Origin: an uncultured Nitrososphaerota archaeon
GTDB taxonomy: Archaea; Thermoproteota; Nitrososphaeria; Nitrososphaerales; CADDZS01
NCBI GenBank assembly: GCA_963799845.1
Contig: CAWCYI010000007.1
Coordinates: 32,001-96,000 of the forward strand
Reading direction: 5' to 3'
Length of the DNA: 64,000 nt
Part shown: piece by piece, positions 60,043-64,000 of the stretch
Layout of the letters: each line of letters opens with the position of its first letter
How positions within the stretch are numbered: the stretch's first letter is position 1
Program-made: the position numbers and the translations under genes
The notes under the pieces: model-generated
Seen by the model: the letters and a program-made list of their open reading frames with translations, nothing else
Told to the model about the DNA's origin: nothing
Databases searched by the model: none

Positions 60043-61300
60043 ATGGATAGTTCTAGTCGTTTAGACACTGACAATTCCAAAATTATTTCAAAATTAGTTG
60101 GTATACCTCTTCTTGTTTTGCTATTGACGCTTGCACCATTTCTTGCTTCGGGATTCCTAGTCCGAACAGATGCACAAACCAACTTTCCAAACATTATCTC
60201 GTACAGAGTCGACGGAGCTCCTAATTACACATCTCCCGGAAGTGAACCGTTCTGGAGTTCCATAAATTGGACCGAAGTGCCACTTGCCGCTACTGTCTCA
60301 CCTGGAGGTGGACACACTCCAGATGTTCTGGTTAAATCAGCCAACAACGGTTTTGATATTTACATGCTCTTTAGATGGAACGACACTGCGGGTCCTTCTT
60401 ATATGGCCGATAATGAAATATATCGGGCTCCTAATGGCTCGCTCCTAGGTCTTACTCCTCAATCCACTGCGAATGTTACACAACTGTACTACAATTCAAC
60501 TTATTATTATCCGGACAGAGTGGCAGTACCTCTGGTTTATCGCCCCACTGTCTGAGCAGGAGCAATCGCCTAAGATGATGTTGGGAAGCGACGGTGCAAT
60601 AACAGGCGGAGCAGCAGAAATATGGCACTGGCAGTCCAGTCCAACCGACAACAATCCAAATGATACCGGATTCCCCGGCGGTTACACAGACCCTACCAAC
60701 AACACGATCTATCCTCTGGATAACCTCTCTTTTGCTGAAGACGATTACACGAACACGACAGGATTCTACGTTATCGGAGGAAGTTTCGGCGGCTCATCTC
60801 CAAACCTTGATCCATATGCAGACCCATTCCTCATACATGTAGGAAATTCCTATTCCTTCACAAACAAGACCTGGACCGTTGAAATGGTCAGGGCGTTCCA
60901 GACTTTCGATAATGCGTCAAGTTACAGGGTACAACTTTCAACAGGCTCAACCTATTACATGGCGATGGGAGTTTGGCAGGGACGGTTAGGAGAGTCCGCC
61001 GATATAAAGTCAGTCTCACTATGGTACACTCTGACGGTATCTGATCAATCCCCCGTTTCATCGATCCCGACAATCACGACCACTGCAGCCTATGGATCTT
61101 CGACTTCAACGGTGACCTCGACGAAAACCGTCACAGTCACAGCAAACACTACAACCGAATCTACCAATAGCGGAGGCATCACATTCAATTTTGCCCTCAT
61201 AACTGCTGTTGTGACTCTTATCGTGGGTCTAGTCGCCGGAATGGTGTCGAGACCAATCCGAGAGGCTCCGCCAAGTAAGTCAATCCAACACGAGACCTAA
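60043..61300 (+). CDS. Secreted, membrane-anchored DOMON/ethylbenzene-dehydrogenase-gamma-like (putative heme b) protein; frameshift near 60529
   Basis: Signal peptide; IYMLFRWND, YPDRVAVLW (after removing one C), KMMLG, EIWHW, WTVEMVR, GVWQG..E..IKSVS; Thr/Ser linker and C-terminal TM. Confidence 0.75.
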
Positions 61301-61398
61301 TTTTGGCTTGTTCGTCTGTTTTCTCGCGAGAATAACACATGCATTACCGAAGTTAAATTTCACGACCCAAACAGGAACTGGTCAGATTCTGAACAGTG

Positions 61399-62154
61399 CT
61401 AACTTGGTTTCTTCGCGATCCTGTCTGCGATTATTGGCTCCAAGATGGCGCTCTGCTCACCAAGAATGAAGATCTTATCATAAACCATCTGAACTTTTCC
61501 CCACAATCTGCTGAGGGCTCCTCTCTGAAGCATCGACTCCATGTAATCCTTGGCCCTGCCCGTTGCTTCTTTTTCTTCATAAACGATTTCCAAGTTCGGC
61601 CGATCCAAGATATTCCTGTTCGCGCCGAAGAAGCGCTCGAATCTATCAACATCGTTCTTGTTAATTTTGATCGGCCGCATGTCCACGTTTTTTATTGCGC
61701 TCAACGGGATTTCGTAAAATGTACCTGATACTCCTGAGAGCAGATTTGCATTCTCCCCTAGTTCTGAGGCAGACAATTCGAAAAGTTTCAGGAAAATAAT
61801 CCTCTTGCTCGTCATGTACACAAAGCAGGATGAAATTGACACGGGGACCTCCTTTCTTTCCTTGCCGACGACCTTCTTGATCTCGGCTTCTTTCACGAAA
61901 ATAACGTCGGTGTGAATGACTCCATTGTGAAGAAGGGTCTCACCGCTCTCAAGTGTTTTGTAAATTCCCACGAGGTTTGGGATGGCGGGAGATTCTATCG
62001 TCGCTTGGATTATCGGCTGTGCCTGCTGTGTTCTCAAAGGAGCAACTGCTTGGCTCTTCTTGGCGCCTCCTCCTGAATCTAGAGGGTGACCGCAGTTTCC
62101 GCAGAAAGTTACGTCTTTTTCAGTAAGCAGCTTTCCACAATTAGGACAGTACAA
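61399..62154 (-). CDS. Zinc-ribbon protein with probable PH/GRAM-like domain
   Basis: YCPNCG...FCGNCG; VYMTSKRIIF and EIPLSAIKNV resemble bPH/GRAM strands. Confidence 0.65.
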   Translation of the reverse strand: MYCPNCGKLLTEKDVTFCGNCGHPLDSGGGAKKSQAVAPLRTQQAQPIIQATIESPAIPNLVGIYKTLESGETLLHNGVIHTDVIFVKEAEIKKVVGKERKEVPVSISSCFVYMTSKRIIFLKLFELSASELGENANLLSGVSGTFYEIPLSAIKNVDMRPIKINKNDVDRFERFFGANRNILDRPNLEIVYEEKEATGRAKDYMESMLQRGALSRLWGKVQMVYDKIFILGEQSAILEPIIADRIAKKPS

Positions 62155-62803
62155 GTTTCTAATTCGAGAGTAGTAAACGCCTATTTCACGATTTGCCCGA
62201 AGAGAAATGAATCCTGTCTGTAAACATCTTTGCAGTTTCGCTTACAAAATATTTGCTAGCGAAGCGCAGCCTTAGTTAGGATTTCTTCGATCTGCTCATT
62301 TCCGTGTACGTCGCAAGTTGACAGTTTGGAATGATCAAGTATCTCCATTCCATAGGGGTCACATGAACAATCGAATACCAAAGTTCCAGAAAGATAGTAA
62401 TTCAACTAAACCCGAATCTTGGTCAATTGACGCGCGAAGCCATGTGAACGGATCTGCCTCAAGTTGCAACGGATTATCTGTCGTCCATCTTCGAAAATTG
62501 TATACTATTGCTAGGATAGTTATTGAGCAAAAGCAATTACCTTCCGATACACTCCCTCAAAATAACTATTATTAGCTATTGCTTTAGGGTTCTTTACATA
62601 TTTTCCCGAATTAAAGGACTGGAGGAATAACTATAGGAATAGTAGCCGCAGAGGAATGATTGTTCATTTAGCAATTAGGCAGACGAATTGAATTAATTCA
62701 ATCCAAATTTCCGACAAAATCCAGTGAATTAGGCGTTATCAATGGTGATCTACGAATTTGAGTGGACACAGTTAAATTCTTGCAGTTTCAGTGAAAAATT
62801 GAA

Positions 62804-63133
62804 TTGGTTAAGGATTGTCAGCATCCCGTTTTCAGCTTGATGAGGAGTGGGCCTGACGTGTCGGCCTACTGCTCAAAGTGCTGGAAACTGATGTTCAAGT
62901 CTAAGGATGTAATGGTGTGGAAGTATGGCCTGGAGTCTTATTTCAAGGCAGAACCTGAGGGATGTTCAGGAAAGGTAGTGAAATTATACAGAACTGATAG
63001 ATTCGTAACGGCTAGATGCATGGCTTGCGATTATCATGTCAGACAGAGTGAGCTAAAGGTAGATAGGAATTCTATCGTCCAGCCTAGGATTGCGCCTGTC
63101 AAAGCGGTTTGGAAGATCTCGACATCTGCCTAA
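62804..63133 (+). CDS. Small Cys-rich protein with internal duplication
   Basis: Two C-x17-CxxC units. Confidence 0.55.
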   Translation: MVKDCQHPVFSLMRSGPDVSAYCSKCWKLMFKSKDVMVWKYGLESYFKAEPEGCSGKVVKLYRTDRFVTARCMACDYHVRQSELKVDRNSIVQPRIAPVKAVWKISTSA

Positions 63134-63230
63134 CCTTCCGAACTGGCCTGTAAACGTTCTTAACTTTATAGCAATAGCAAGAATCTAATAATTAATCCAA
63201 TTAGGATTGCGGATGATCTGAGAAAATCCT

Positions 63231-63998
63231 TTGTTTGTGGACGCGCATGCCCATCTAGACGAGAACTCTCTTTCAAATTTCGTTGACATGATGAGTCGGT
63301 CCGATTTTGGACTGACCGTCATCTCAAACTCAGTAGACTTCGAATCATCCGTCCGAAATATTGGCCTCTCAAATGAATCTACTGAGATCATTCCGTTCGT
63401 CGGAATTCACCCGGAAATTTTCTCCAGAAATGGCGAATCAAAAATTTCAACGAAATCTGTCGATACGATGATTCAAAGTTTGATGACCATAGTCCCCTTT
63501 TGCCGTGGAATTGGAGAAATCGGATTGGATCCGAAATACGGGCACGATGGTGAACAAGAATACCTGTTCAGACAAATGCTTCGTATTTCGGAGGAAGCCG
63601 GAATTCCGATTTCTATTCATAATAGGAACTCAGTTTCGAGAGTCCTAGATCTCATATCCACTTTCAATCTGAAAGGTGCGATCCTTCTTCACTGGTTTGC
63701 GGGTTCAGATGAAGAATTAACTCGGATTCAGGATAGAGGGATTTACATTTCATTTGGCCCGGCTTTACTATTCTCAAAGCGAATAGGCAGAATTTTTGAG
63801 AAGAGCGATTTAGATCTAGTTTTATCGGAAACTGATTCTCCTACACCATTTGCATCGATAAACGATGGGAGAAGCACTCCAATGTTGATCCCGAGCGTCG
63901 TTTTCAAGATGAGTCTGATTAAGAATATTAGTTTCGAATGGTTGAATGATCGTCTCGAATCGAATGCACGCAGATACCTAGAACGCAAAACTCATTAA
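63231..63998 (+). CDS. tatD: TatD-family nuclease
   Basis: DAHAH, GIHP, GEIGLD, IHNR, LHWF, ETDSP. Confidence 0.93.
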   Translation: MFVDAHAHLDENSLSNFVDMMSRSDFGLTVISNSVDFESSVRNIGLSNESTEIIPFVGIHPEIFSRNGESKISTKSVDTMIQSLMTIVPFCRGIGEIGLDPKYGHDGEQEYLFRQMLRISEEAGIPISIHNRNSVSRVLDLISTFNLKGAILLHWFAGSDEELTRIQDRGIYISFGPALLFSKRIGRIFEKSDLDLVLSETDSPTPFASINDGRSTPMLIPSVVFKMSLIKNISFEWLNDRLESNARRYLERKTH

Positions 63999-64000
63999 GG

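Noticed and set aside
62318-62575. 85-aa plus-strand ORF
   Set aside because: No motif or clear start context; insufficient support

Overview
Archaeal chromosome segment, most consistent with a Nitrososphaerota (Thaumarchaeota)-related lineage: aRF1, archaeal-type ValRS, a complete LysW/alpha-aminoadipate lysine operon, BHB-intron tRNAs, BNR and NHL surface proteins, and many TTG starts. The left part (1-22 kb) is accessory. It holds an nrdG-nrdD-dNMP-kinase operon running off the left edge, a ClC / P3A H+-ATPase / NhaP ion-transport cluster, three secreted Asp-box propeller paralogues with a shared upstream motif, and several gene relics. The middle and right parts are mostly housekeeping, plus one IS481 element with a 15-bp target duplication, tRNA-Thr(CGT) with one intron and tRNA-Leu(GAG) with two introns. 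About 16 single- or double-base frameshifts were located by hand. About 9 of them sit directly at AGCT, six being the same TAGCT to TCAGCT insertion. This points to long-read errors caused by host AGCT methylation rather than real pseudogenes. A helically phased AGCT array at 31.07-31.13 kb may be a methylation-linked regulatory site. Several small genes missing from the ORF track were recovered: the kinase, lysW, a Zn-finger protein and a 33-aa basic protein. All family calls come from motif recognition by eye, with no database searches.
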